Positions 28,207 through 38,120 of a stretch of 64,000 nt of DNA are shown here, one piece after another. The translations under genes were made by a program, and so were the position numbers. Location: contig JBGGMJ010000082.1 in the NCBI GenBank assembly GCA_041288095.1, positions 24,873-88,872 of the forward strand. Direction: 5' to 3'. This DNA comes from Myxococcota bacterium. GTDB lineage: Bacteria; Myxococcota; XYA12-FULL-58-9; JALHOP01. Below the pieces are notes generated by a model. That model saw nothing but the letters and a program-made list of their open reading frames with translations. It searched no databases and was not told the DNA's origin. Positions within the stretch are counted from its first letter, which is position 1; each line of letters starts with the position of its first letter.

Positions 28207-28854
28207 TTACCCACTCTTGCGCCGTCTGAAGGCTTGGAGATCGAGCACTTCGCGTTCCTCTGCTCGTGCCCCCGGTTTGATGATACCCCGCTCGACCGCG
28301 AGGCCGGCGAGTTTTTGTTCTAGCAAACGGCGTCCGCGATAGAGGCGGCTCATGACCGTGCCGACCGGTACGTCCACCGCCTCGGCGATGTCCTTGTACG
28401 GCAGCCCTTCGAGGTCGCAGAGCACCACGACGCTGCGGAAATCCTCGGGCAGCGAATCGAGCGCCTTCACGACGTCGTCGGAGAGCATGTGCTCGACGTA
28501 CGCCGCCTCGGGATGCGCGGCGAGCTGCCGCGAGGCTTCGCTGCGCAGCTGCGACGCGACGTCTTCTTGGGTCGCTCCCTCGAGGATCTCGCGCTCACGC
28601 TTTTGCCGGCGGTAGCGGTGAATGAAGGTGTGCGTCAGGACCGTGTAGATCCAAGCCTTGAAGTTGGTGCCGCGCTCGAACTTGTCTTGGAAGCGCAGCG
28701 CCCGCACGACCGTGTCATGGACCAAGTCTTCGGCGAGAGCCTTGTCGCGCGTATAGCGCAGCGCGACGCGAAACATCCCGTCTAGGTGCTGCTCGATGAG
28801 GGCTTGGAACTCATCGAGTTGCTTGGCTTTTTTGCCGAAGCCGAGAAAACCCAT
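28207..28854 (-). CDS. ECF RNA polymerase sigma factor
   Basis: Motifs AEDLVHDT, GTNFKAWI and YKDIAEAVDVPVGTVMSRLYRGR. Confidence 0.93.
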   Translation of the reverse strand: MGFLGFGKKAKQLDEFQALIEQHLDGMFRVALRYTRDKALAEDLVHDTVVRALRFQDKFERGTNFKAWIYTVLTHTFIHRYRRQKREREILEGATQEDVASQLRSEASRQLAAHPEAAYVEHMLSDDVVKALDSLPEDFRSVVVLCDLEGLPYKDIAEAVDVPVGTVMSRLYRGRRLLEQKLAGLAVERGIIKPGARAEEREVLDLQAFRRRKSG

Positions 28855-28925
28855 GTGATAGGAACGTGCCTCCCGGTGGGATTATTCCCGACCCGGGGGC
28901 CTACGTCTATGGCTGCCGATCCCGC

Positions 28926-30029
28926 CTAGATGGCGGGCCGGTATTCGAGCTTGAGGGCCTCGGCGACCGCCTTGTAGGCGATGAAGCCGTTGTGGGTCGT
29001 CAGACCTCCCGCAAGGTGCGGATCGCGCTTGCAGGCCTCGATGGCGCCGAGGTCGGCGAGCTGGATGGCGAAGCGCGAGGTCACATTGGTGAGACCATAG
29101 GTCGAGGTGTGCGCCACCGCGCCCGGCATGTTGGTCACGCCGTAGTGCAGAACGCCGTCGACCACGTAGGTCGGCGCCTCGTGCGTCGTACCCTTGATGG
29201 TCTCGATGCAGCCGCCCTGATCGATGGCGACGTCGACGATGACCGAGCCGTCTTCCATCTCGGACACGAGCTTGCGCGAGACCAGCGACGGCGCGCGCGC
29301 ACCCGGGACGAGGACGGCGCCAATCAACAGGTCGGCGCGGCGCACTTCCTCCGAGATGGTGTCGGGATTCGAGTGCAAGAGGTTCACACGGCTGCCCAAG
29401 ATGTCGTCGAGGTACTCGAGGCGCGGAACGTTGATGTCGATGATGCTGACGATGGCGCCGAGACCGATGGCGATCTTGGCCGCCGCGAGGCCGACGGTAC
29501 CGCCGCCGAGGACGACGACGCGACCACGGCGCACCCCGGGCAGGCCACCAAGCAGGACGCCCTTACCGCCGCGCGCCTTCTCCAGCAGCGTCGCACCGAT
29601 CTGCGTGCTCATCTTGCCGGCGACGATCGACATCGGCTGCAAGAGCGGCAACGAGCCGTCCGCGGCGGTGATGGTCTCGTACGCTACGGCGGTCACTTTC
29701 TTTTCGATCAACACCGGCGCGAGCTCGGGCACCGCGGCCAGGTGGAAGTACGTGAAGATGGTTTGCTTCGGCTGGATGAGCCCGTGCTCGGCGACGATCG
29801 GCTCCTTCACCTTCATGATCATCTCGCCGCGCTTCCACACTTCGGCGGCCGAGTTGATGATGGTGGCACCCGCTTCTTCGTAGTGCTTGTCGGTGATGCC
29901 GCTGCCGGTGCCCGCGTTGGTCTCGATGAGGACCTGGTGGCCGCGCGACTTCAGCATGCGCACGCCGGCTGGGGTGATGGCGACGCGGTACTCGTGGACT
30001 TTGACTTCCTTCGGCACACCGATGATCAC
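28926..30029 (-). CDS. ald: Alanine dehydrogenase
   Basis: Motifs GVPKEVKVHEYRVA, KVKEP, FTYFHLAA, GKGVLLGG, DVAIDQGG and NMPGAV. Confidence 0.95.
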   Translation of the reverse strand: MIIGVPKEVKVHEYRVAITPAGVRMLKSRGHQVLIETNAGTGSGITDKHYEEAGATIINSAAEVWKRGEMIMKVKEPIVAEHGLIQPKQTIFTYFHLAAVPELAPVLIEKKVTAVAYETITAADGSLPLLQPMSIVAGKMSTQIGATLLEKARGGKGVLLGGLPGVRRGRVVVLGGGTVGLAAAKIAIGLGAIVSIIDINVPRLEYLDDILGSRVNLLHSNPDTISEEVRRADLLIGAVLVPGARAPSLVSRKLVSEMEDGSVIVDVAIDQGGCIETIKGTTHEAPTYVVDGVLHYGVTNMPGAVAHTSTYGLTNVTSRFAIQLADLGAIEACKRDPHLAGGLTTHNGFIAYKAVAEALKLEYRPAI

Positions 30030-30081
30030 GGGCGACTCCTGAAATTAGCGCGGGCGATATATAGCGCGGCGTCGCGGGCGT

Positions 30082-31566
30082 CTAGCGTCTTCGGTTCAGG
30101 CGATCCAGAGCCTCTTGCAGCTCCTTGCGCGTCGACGGCTCGCTCGGCCCCGAGGTGCAGCCCTGCTTGGTGAGCCTGTCGAGCTGCGTCGTGATGACCT
30201 TGCTCACGTGCTCCTTCATCTGCGGGCTCTTGTCGGCCATGTCGCTCAGCGCCCGCACCAGGTGCCAGGTGCCCCGCTCCCGCATGAGCGCGGCGACCTT
30301 GTCTACTTGCGCCGGCGTCGGATCGGCGCAGTGCCCGAGCGCGTACGCGGCGCTCGACTGCACGGTCATTTGCTGCGACCGCGTGACGATCGAGGTGAGC
30401 ACGTCGCACCTGCGGCCCTCCGGCTTCTGGTTGTCGCGGATCAGCCAATCCATGACCTCTTTCATGGTGCTGTGGTCGCGCAGGTCGGCGGAGTCGGCGT
30501 GCTCGAGGTAATCGTAGGCGACCGCCGCGCGGCGCTCCGGCGGCAAGATGCGTAAGAGGTCGTTCGCGCAATCGTACTTCTTCATGAAGAGCGAATTGCC
30601 TTGGCGCAGGCAGCTGGCGACCGCGACGTCGAGGTTCGGGACGTTGCCTTCCTTGCCGAGAACGTTCGCGATGTCGTCGACGGCTTCGGCGGGAGTACCC
30701 GGACTCGCGATGAGGAAGAGCCAGGTGTCGAGGGCCTCGGCCCGCGACAAGCCGGTGAACGCTTGCGACACACGCGCCAGCGCACCAAGCACCTTGTCGT
30801 CGTACTCGTTGCGCATGGCGTAGAGGAGCACGCGTTGCGTCTGCACGTTGACGCGGGCGACGGGCTCCAGCTCTTGCAGGCAGTGCAGACGCACAGCCGG
30901 CGACGGGTCGCGCAAGACACAGCGCTCGAGGGCTTTGCGGGCGGCGAGCTCGTCGAAGGCCGCCGACGACAGGCCGGTCACCGCCTTGAGGCGATCGCTG
31001 TCGTGATTGCGCGGATCGATGAGCGTCGCCAGCAGCTTCGAAGGCTTCGGCACGTCAGGCGTGGTCAGCTTCGGCCATTGCCAAAGCTGGGGCACCTGCG
31101 GCTCGCCGACATCGTTTATCTGTAGCGGCAAGGCGACCTGACGTAGCTCGGGCGCGAGCAACTGGTTCAAGCGGTTCGCCACCTGATTGGCGAGCTTCTC
31201 CATCACGCGCTGCATCTCCTGCATGCCGCGCTTGCCCACCGGCTCCGTGCCCGAAACGTGGAAGCTCGGCAGGTCCTGCCGCTTGCCGGGACCGAAGGTC
31301 ATGTAGATGGAGAAGTCTTCGGCTTCCTCGATGAAGCGGCCCGACACGAGCAGCGTGTAATCGCCCTGCTTCAAGCCGGCGAAGTCGCTCTTCACGAGCT
31401 GCATGTCACCGCGCTGCAAAAGCGGACTGACCGCGGCGTTGTCGAGGATACGCTCGACGTCCTTGAGCTCGATGGGCTTCCACGTCCGGGTCTCGACGCT
31501 GACCACGTATTTGACGACCGGCGGTTGGAACGCCGCGACCAGGGTGGCGAGGATCAGCGCGTTCAT
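30082..31566 (-). CDS. Secreted hypothetical helical-repeat protein, paralog of the upstream gene
   Basis: Short signal-like N-terminus, HEAT-like DPSPAVRLHCL and co-linear similarity to 31563..33107. Confidence 0.75.
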   Translation of the reverse strand: MNALILATLVAAFQPPVVKYVVSVETRTWKPIELKDVERILDNAAVSPLLQRGDMQLVKSDFAGLKQGDYTLLVSGRFIEEAEDFSIYMTFGPGKRQDLPSFHVSGTEPVGKRGMQEMQRVMEKLANQVANRLNQLLAPELRQVALPLQINDVGEPQVPQLWQWPKLTTPDVPKPSKLLATLIDPRNHDSDRLKAVTGLSSAAFDELAARKALERCVLRDPSPAVRLHCLQELEPVARVNVQTQRVLLYAMRNEYDDKVLGALARVSQAFTGLSRAEALDTWLFLIASPGTPAEAVDDIANVLGKEGNVPNLDVAVASCLRQGNSLFMKKYDCANDLLRILPPERRAAVAYDYLEHADSADLRDHSTMKEVMDWLIRDNQKPEGRRCDVLTSIVTRSQQMTVQSSAAYALGHCADPTPAQVDKVAALMRERGTWHLVRALSDMADKSPQMKEHVSKVITTQLDRLTKQGCTSGPSEPSTRKELQEALDRLNRRR

Positions 31567-33107
31567 CGGCTCCGCTCCTTTCGATCTTGCTCGCGGCGAT
31601 CTATCTGCTCGAGCTCTTTCTCGAGCCAAGGGACGTCGGCGGCCTTGTCGTAGTTGCCGGTGGCGCTCATCTCGGCGACGCGGTTCTTGATGAGCGTTCG
31701 CAGCTCGGGGTTCTGCTCGTAGAGGCGCCGCAAGCCGGCGATGCCCGCGCGCTCGCCGCCCGTCTGCACCGACTGCGCCAGCCGCTGCACCAGCTGCTCG
31801 CTGGGCACGCCGTAGTCCGCGATAGCGTCAATCGCCGAATACGAAAGCTCGCGCAGGTAACGCTGCCACAAGACGTCTTCGAGTTGTGGATCGAGCTTGC
31901 ACGCGGGCTTGAGCACCGCTTCGAAGCCCCACTGCCAATCGGTGCCGCTCGAGCCTTCACCCTTGCCCGCGCCCCGCAGGTAAGCGGGCGAGTGCTGATT
32001 GGTCTCCTTGAGATACGGCCACAAGATGGCGCGGCGGCGCTTCACATCGAGCGGCTCCATCAGCTCGATGCAGTCGCGATGGGTGCGCTGGTACTGCTCC
32101 ATCTTGTGCACGGCGGCGAAGCAGCGCGCGATCGTCGCGTCGAGGTTCGGGACATCGCCCAGCGACTTCAGTGGGCCATGGGCGCGTCCGGTGTTGCCGG
32201 TGCGCTCGAGCCAGGCTTGAATCGCTTCCTGCCGCGACATGCCGCTGAAGTACTCCATCTGGCTGCTCGCCTCCTGCATCACCTTGCTGTCCTTGTCGGT
32301 GCGGAAGACGTTGATGACGACACGCTGGGTGGGGACGAGCTTCCGCGATGACGGACGCAGGCCGATGAGGCACTCCAAGCGCACCTCGGGGTCGGGGTGT
32401 TTCGTCGCGCAGTGCTCGAGACCATTGCGGCGCGACGGCGTGACCAGCGCCTCCGAGATGAGGAGGCGCAGCGTCTGCGCGCGCCGCTCGCTGTTCTTGC
32501 CGAAGAGCTCCTGGGTTTCGGCTTGCGGCGGCTCGGGGACGCGCAGCTCACCCCAGCTCCACGGGATCGTCGGGACCTCGAGCGTTGCTTTCGGATCGTC
32601 GGGTTTTGGAGGCGCCGTGTCGAGCGTGCCGGTGGGGGTGAGCCGCGACAGGGCCGGCTTCAAGACGGCGAGCAGCTGCTCCGCCGCCATGCGCGTCGAG
32701 GCTTCGATACGCTTGCGCATCTCATCGAGCGGGATCTTTCCAATCACCACGGTGCCGGCGGCGCGAAAGCTCCCGACTTCGGCTTTGTCACGCGCTTCGA
32801 AGCCCAGCTGGATGGTGTGCGTCTCCGACTCGCCGACCATGCGCCCGGAGACGCGGAGCAAGTAGTCGCCGCGCGCGTTCGCGAGGTCCTTGGGCTCGAC
32901 CTTGGTCAGGCGCAACACGCCGGCACGCGTAAGCACGTCGAGGGCGGTCTGTTCGATGACGCGCTCGATGTCGCCGCGATTGATCGGCTCCCAGTAAGTC
33001 TTCTCTTCTTCGGCGACGTAGATGGCGCTGACCGCGACGGCGCGCGCCTCGCCTGCCGCGAGCAAGAGGCCCGCGGCGACGAACAATCCCAGGGGGGTCT
33101 TGCACAT
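31563..33107 (-). CDS. Secreted hypothetical helical-repeat protein
   Basis: Signal peptide (ARA-V), HPDPEVRLECL and an ATGA overlap with the downstream paralog. Confidence 0.75.
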   Translation of the reverse strand: MCKTPLGLFVAAGLLLAAGEARAVAVSAIYVAEEEKTYWEPINRGDIERVIEQTALDVLTRAGVLRLTKVEPKDLANARGDYLLRVSGRMVGESETHTIQLGFEARDKAEVGSFRAAGTVVIGKIPLDEMRKRIEASTRMAAEQLLAVLKPALSRLTPTGTLDTAPPKPDDPKATLEVPTIPWSWGELRVPEPPQAETQELFGKNSERRAQTLRLLISEALVTPSRRNGLEHCATKHPDPEVRLECLIGLRPSSRKLVPTQRVVINVFRTDKDSKVMQEASSQMEYFSGMSRQEAIQAWLERTGNTGRAHGPLKSLGDVPNLDATIARCFAAVHKMEQYQRTHRDCIELMEPLDVKRRRAILWPYLKETNQHSPAYLRGAGKGEGSSGTDWQWGFEAVLKPACKLDPQLEDVLWQRYLRELSYSAIDAIADYGVPSEQLVQRLAQSVQTGGERAGIAGLRRLYEQNPELRTLIKNRVAEMSATGNYDKAADVPWLEKELEQIDRREQDRKERSR

Positions 33108-33126
33108 GGCCGGCGAGCCTAGCCGA

Positions 33127-34650
33127 TCATGGCGAGTCGGAGCGAGCTTCGCTCCGCCACGTGGCGCGCACGCCGTCGCGCAGACCCGCGAGGGCGGCGC
33201 TGTCGTAGTAGATGCCACGTGACACGACGGCATGGATGCGCCGTGTGTTGGCGATGCTCTCGAGCGGATTGGCGTCGAGGACCACGAGGTCCGCGAGCTT
33301 GCCGGGGGCGACGGTGCCCATCTCGCTCTCGGCAGCGAGGTAGCGCGCCGGATTCACCGTGGCGGCACGCAAGGCTTCGAGCGGCGTGAGCCCGGCTTCG
33401 ACCAGGAGCTGTAGCTCGCCATGTAGGCCGGCACCGGCGAGGATGTACGCGTTGCTCTCGTCAGTGCCCGCGAGCAGCGGGACGCCGGCGCGCTGCATGG
33501 CGGCGACCAGCGGCACATAGTCGCGGTAGAGCTGCCGCATCGCCGCATACACCTCGGGTGTTCGGCCTTTGACCAGGGGATTCGCGCTCGGGTCCCAATA
33601 GCGGCGCAGCGCCGGCGACACGAACGCGAAGTCTTCGGGTGACACGAGACCCGAGGGGTCGTCGAGGTAGGCGCCGTGGTGCAGCATCGACAACGTCGGC
33701 ACGATCCAGGTGCCGTTGGCCTTGAAGCGCGCGAACAACGCCGCGGCGCGGGCCGGGTCATGGCTCGCGACGGCCTCGATGGTCTGCAGCCGCCGAAACT
33801 TCCAGTACGCGGCTCCGTCTGGATTCGACGCCATGAACTCGGCCTGTCGCTGCTTGAACGTGTCCGCTTTGGAAGACAGAACGAGCGGCAGGCCGATCAA
33901 GTGCTCCATGCTCTTCTGGCCGGCTTCGCTCGCCTCGGCGATGGTCACCGACTCGGGCACGTGGCCGGCGAACGGCATGCCCAACTTCCTGGTCTCGTCA
34001 GCGATGGCGTAGAAGACCTCGCGCGGCAACAGCGAGTAGATCTTGATGAAGTCCGCTCCCTCGGCGCGGGCATCACGCACGGCGCGTCGAGCCTCGTCCG
34101 CTGTAGCGAGCGCGACCGAATGCGGCCAGATCACCTTAGGACCGTCGAAGATGTCGCTCGCCATGTGCATGCGGGGACCGACGGCGCGGCCGCTCTCGAA
34201 GGCGTCGCGCAGCTCGTAGTGACGGCGGTCTCCCGGTGCGTCGGGCATCGGTAAGGTGGCGCCCTGGGCGTCGCTCACGAAGTGCCAGTTCGACCACATG
34301 AGACGCACTCCGGTGACGCCCCTGGCGACGAAGAGCGGCCCGGAAGTCAGGTCGGCGAAATGGACGTGCATGTCCCAAAGGCCCGGGATGACGAACTTGC
34401 CCGTGGCGTCGATGGGGACAATGCCGTCGGGTACGGCGTCGGCCGGCCCCACCTGAGTGATGCGGCCCTCCTCGACGACGACGGCGCGATCACGCAGCAG
34501 GCCGCCACTTTCGACATCGACGACGTCGGCATGCATCAAAGCAAAGCGGCTGGCGTCAGATGCAATGGCCTGGCGCGGCGCCTGGGCGACCTTGGCGCAG
34601 GCGCCGAGGAGACAGAGGAGCGGCAGGAGGCGAGAGGTTTTGGGAGACAT
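33127..34650 (-). CDS. Amidohydrolase-family lipoprotein
   Basis: Motifs PGLWDMHVH, GADFIKIY, GHVP, EH, AGTD, AATVNPA and GKLADLVVLD, with lipobox LGAC. Confidence 0.9.
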   Translation of the reverse strand: MSPKTSRLLPLLCLLGACAKVAQAPRQAIASDASRFALMHADVVDVESGGLLRDRAVVVEEGRITQVGPADAVPDGIVPIDATGKFVIPGLWDMHVHFADLTSGPLFVARGVTGVRLMWSNWHFVSDAQGATLPMPDAPGDRRHYELRDAFESGRAVGPRMHMASDIFDGPKVIWPHSVALATADEARRAVRDARAEGADFIKIYSLLPREVFYAIADETRKLGMPFAGHVPESVTIAEASEAGQKSMEHLIGLPLVLSSKADTFKQRQAEFMASNPDGAAYWKFRRLQTIEAVASHDPARAAALFARFKANGTWIVPTLSMLHHGAYLDDPSGLVSPEDFAFVSPALRRYWDPSANPLVKGRTPEVYAAMRQLYRDYVPLVAAMQRAGVPLLAGTDESNAYILAGAGLHGELQLLVEAGLTPLEALRAATVNPARYLAAESEMGTVAPGKLADLVVLDANPLESIANTRRIHAVVSRGIYYDSAALAGLRDGVRATWRSEARSDSP

Positions 34651-34813
34651 GGCCTGACAAGGCCACACTGGAAATCCGCCTGCAAACAAGCAACTCTGAC
34701 CCTCGAGCAGCCGAGAATAGAGGCAGCTTTGATTCGATAACGGGGCGGCGTGTATTTGCGTCGCCAGGGTTGTCGAAGATCAGCGAAAAGTCGTGAGATT
34801 TGAGGAGCGTTCG

Positions 34814-36184
34814 ATGTCCTTTCGCGTTGTGGCGCTAGGTAGCTTGCTCGCGGCTCTCGCCGCCTGTAGCGGCAGCAGCAAGGTCGGTCAGTGCAATGCC
34901 ACCAACGAGTGCCCCGCCGGCGAGGTGTGCCAGAACAAGGTCTGCGCCCGCACGTGCGACAGCACGACCCCCTGCCCTGGCGGTTACAGCTGCCAGAACG
35001 GCCTCTGCGTGACCGGGTCGACCGGAGCTCCAGAGCTCTCCTCGGTCGCCGGCATGAGCACGGAGATCTGCGATGACGGCGTGCCCTGCATCGGCGCCGG
35101 CTTCGTGGTCAGCGGCGCGCACCTCGCGAACGCTATCTTCACCATCACCGGTCCCGACGCCGCAGCGAACTCGTACGAAATGACGCGCGTGAACGCCACG
35201 AGCGACGACAACACGGCGGAGCTCACCCCGGTCTTCCCGCGCCGCCAGGTCGATCTCGGCGAAGGCACCTACGTCATCACCGCGGTGAACCAATCGGGCA
35301 CCGGCAACGCCAACGTCCAGCTCTTGCGCGGCGAGGCCGGCCCGGCGCTCACCGCCGACCAGCTCATCGACCGCATCAACACCGCGTCGACCGGCAAGAA
35401 GATCCAGGCGCGCTTCCTCGACGTCGTCGGGGGCGGCGGCAGCGGCGCGACCGGTACGCTCACCAGCTACGAGAACGGCGGCGCTCCTGTCGACTCGCAA
35501 CTCCAGCTGCGCGAGATGCGCGTCGTCGTCAACGGCGGCACCACCAACGCAGCCTCGGTCGCGATCAACGAATCGAAGCTCGAGGAGCTCTGCGCCGACG
35601 CCAACGGCTGCTCGATCACCCTGGGCGCCACGCGCTTCCACGATCAAGCCGTGCCGTCCTACGTCATCGCGGCGCCGCTCAACGGCGGTGAGTGCCGCTT
35701 CTACCTCGATCTCGCCAACCACAGCTGGACGCTGTCGCAAGACTGCGTCGCGACGTACGGCGTTTACGCCTACAACGGCACCTCGGGCCAATACGAGTTC
35801 TCACGTGCTTATCAACGCTACGAGTACTCGAGCGCCTACGGCTTCGACGGCAGCGGCGCGACCGGCACGTACACCTGCGGCGGCACGCAGGGCGGCGACC
35901 TCGACGGCCAGCCGCTCATCGTCGCGAGCTTCAAGGGCGCGTGCTACTTCGCCGAGGCACCCGCTGATACCGCGGGCGCGCAAACCGGATGCTTCACCGC
36001 CGACAACAGCGCGGGGTTCTATCTGACCGCGTCGCACCCGGCGTGGGACTACCCGGGCTCGTATCCCAAGGCCGACGTCGATGCCGATGGCGACGGCGAC
36101 CACGATGGAACCGGAGCCCCGGCTCCCCGCCCCTGGCTTGCTGAGGATGCGCAACGCCAATGCGTGCTCACTATCAAGGACTAG
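34814..36184 (+). CDS. Cys-rich surface lipoprotein
   Basis: GAGGAG RBS, lipobox LAAC, two C-x5-C-x4-C-x4-C modules and a DVDADGDGD loop. Confidence 0.8.
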   Translation: MSFRVVALGSLLAALAACSGSSKVGQCNATNECPAGEVCQNKVCARTCDSTTPCPGGYSCQNGLCVTGSTGAPELSSVAGMSTEICDDGVPCIGAGFVVSGAHLANAIFTITGPDAAANSYEMTRVNATSDDNTAELTPVFPRRQVDLGEGTYVITAVNQSGTGNANVQLLRGEAGPALTADQLIDRINTASTGKKIQARFLDVVGGGGSGATGTLTSYENGGAPVDSQLQLREMRVVVNGGTTNAASVAINESKLEELCADANGCSITLGATRFHDQAVPSYVIAAPLNGGECRFYLDLANHSWTLSQDCVATYGVYAYNGTSGQYEFSRAYQRYEYSSAYGFDGSGATGTYTCGGTQGGDLDGQPLIVASFKGACYFAEAPADTAGAQTGCFTADNSAGFYLTASHPAWDYPGSYPKADVDADGDGDHDGTGAPAPRPWLAEDAQRQCVLTIKD

Positions 36185-38097
36185 TCGTAACCACCTTGAT
36201 GGTGTGCGCCGGTGCCGCTTGTGGCGGCACCGACGAGACCGCGCGTACCTGCAACGCTACAGCGGAGTGCGAAGACGGTTTCGTTTGCGCCGCCGGCTAC
36301 TGCATCCTCGAAGATCGCGCCTGCAACTCCACGGCGCCCTGCCCCGGCGACCTCAATTGTTGCGGCGGTACCTGTAAAGAGGGCGGCTGCTGTCAGGCCG
36401 ACGTCGAATGCAACGGCGGCTATTGCGTCGAGGGCGCTTGCGTCGACGGCACCCGCGGCGCCTGTGATTTCGACGGCGAGTGCGGCCAAGGCGCGCAGTG
36501 TCTGACGACGATTCGCCAGTGCGTCGAGTGCATCGCTTCAGCGGACTGTAACCCGGGCTACAGCTGCTCTCCCTCGCATGCCTGTGTCGTCGAGACCGGC
36601 TGCAACACCGGTGCGTGCGCGGACATCGGCAAGGTCTGCGCCCCCGAACAAGGCCAGTGCCGCAATTGCGTCGACGACGCGGAGTGCGGGCGGAAGATCT
36701 GCGAGAACGGCAGCTGCGTCGACTGTGTCGCCAGCAATCAGTGCGGCGGCGACCGCGTCTGCATGGACGGCAGCTGCGTGCGCGGCCAAGGCACGACGTG
36801 CAACTCCGACGGCGACTGTGGCGGCCTCATCTGTGTCACCACCGGCACGGACAAGACCTGCGAGCCCTGCTTCGACGACTTCGAGTGCCCGGTTGGCGCC
36901 GAGTGCATCGACAATCGCTGCTACGCGACCGACGGTGAATGCCAAGGCGATGCCGGCTGTGACGTGCCCAACGAGGTTTGCAACTACGACGCCTGCGTCC
37001 CGGGCTGCGCCAGCACGGGTTGCCCCACCGGCGACATCTGCAATCCCAACACCGGCCGCTGCGTACCCTTCACCGACGGCACCGAAGACCTCGGCGAGCC
37101 CTGCGAAACGCACGCCGACTGCATGAGCAACGTCTGCTGGCCCATCGACGTCTCACCGACCACCGCCGTCCGCCGTTGCGGACAAACCTGCACGTCGACC
37201 GACGATTGCCCGACCGGCTTCGTTTGCCACGAGCTCGGCGACGGCGGCACCTGTCTACCCGTCGACTTCTACCCCGACGGTGGCCCGCGCAATGTCGCGC
37301 CCAACGGCACCTGCACCGACACCTTCGTGAGTGAGCAGTGCGTCAGCGGTTACTGCAACGACTCCGCGAACAGCTGCTACGAGACTTGCGGCAACGACAC
37401 CGACTGCAACCCCAGCGGCGCCGGCAACGTCTGCGTGATGCGGCGTCAGGTGAACGTCGACAAGGACGGCGACGGTGTCGTGCAGCAGGACGAGGTCGCT
37501 TTCACCGCCCTGTGCCAGCCACCCCTTCCTGGTGACTCCCTCGGGGCCGGCGCGGTGTGCTCCAACGCCGGCGTCACGCCGCAGCAACGTGACCACGACA
37601 AGTGCGACAGTGGCTATTGCGCCCAGACGCCCGACTCGACCAAGAGCGCGCGTTGCGCCGGAGGCTGCTGCACGCCCTCGGACTGCTCGCCGTCGGCGCC
37701 GATCTGCAAACCACTCGATGTCTGGGACGGCCTGCGCCAAGGCGTGAGTGAGCCCTACGGCTTCCAGAAGGTTTGCCTCTATCGTGAGTGGAGCGGCGGC
37801 AAGCAGCTCGGCGCCACCTGTAACGCGAACAGCGAGTGCCTGAGCGAGATCTGCGCCCAGGGCGCGTCCGGCGTGAAGCGCTGCACACAGACCTGCTGCA
37901 CCAATCTCGATTGTGCGGGCCTCGGCTGGACCTCGGGATGCAGGCCGCCGTTCTTCGATGCCCTGACCAGCACCGGCGAAGAGTCGGTCGCCGATGCGCA
38001 GTTCGAGCAGCTGGTTTACGCCTTGGGGCGGCAAATCGTCGGCAACGGGTCGACGGGCACGTCGTTCGGGGTGACGCCGATCTGCTTCCCGGAGTAG
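36160..38097 (+). CDS. Cys-rich repeat lipoprotein (myxobacterial type)
   Basis: Lipobox GAAC, many C-x5-C-x4-C-x4-C modules and a DKDGDGVVQQDE loop. Confidence 0.85.
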   Translation: MRAHYQGLVVTTLMVCAGAACGGTDETARTCNATAECEDGFVCAAGYCILEDRACNSTAPCPGDLNCCGGTCKEGGCCQADVECNGGYCVEGACVDGTRGACDFDGECGQGAQCLTTIRQCVECIASADCNPGYSCSPSHACVVETGCNTGACADIGKVCAPEQGQCRNCVDDAECGRKICENGSCVDCVASNQCGGDRVCMDGSCVRGQGTTCNSDGDCGGLICVTTGTDKTCEPCFDDFECPVGAECIDNRCYATDGECQGDAGCDVPNEVCNYDACVPGCASTGCPTGDICNPNTGRCVPFTDGTEDLGEPCETHADCMSNVCWPIDVSPTTAVRRCGQTCTSTDDCPTGFVCHELGDGGTCLPVDFYPDGGPRNVAPNGTCTDTFVSEQCVSGYCNDSANSCYETCGNDTDCNPSGAGNVCVMRRQVNVDKDGDGVVQQDEVAFTALCQPPLPGDSLGAGAVCSNAGVTPQQRDHDKCDSGYCAQTPDSTKSARCAGGCCTPSDCSPSAPICKPLDVWDGLRQGVSEPYGFQKVCLYREWSGGKQLGATCNANSECLSEICAQGASGVKRCTQTCCTNLDCAGLGWTSGCRPPFFDALTSTGEESVADAQFEQLVYALGRQIVGNGSTGTSFGVTPICFPE

Positions 38098-38120
38098 CGG
38101 TCCGCGGTTACAGTGCGGCG

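Noticed and set aside
27421..28854. ECF sigma/anti-sigma pair as DdvS/DdvA or CarQ/CarR
   Set aside because: The anti-sigma is a short zf-HC2 protein without a TPR-CHAT region, and no CRISPR or carotenoid genes are nearby.
34713..34740. AGAA-N15-TTCGATAA as another sigma28-like promoter
   Set aside because: Both boxes are weak and the downstream gene is an ordinary lipoprotein, so it may be chance.
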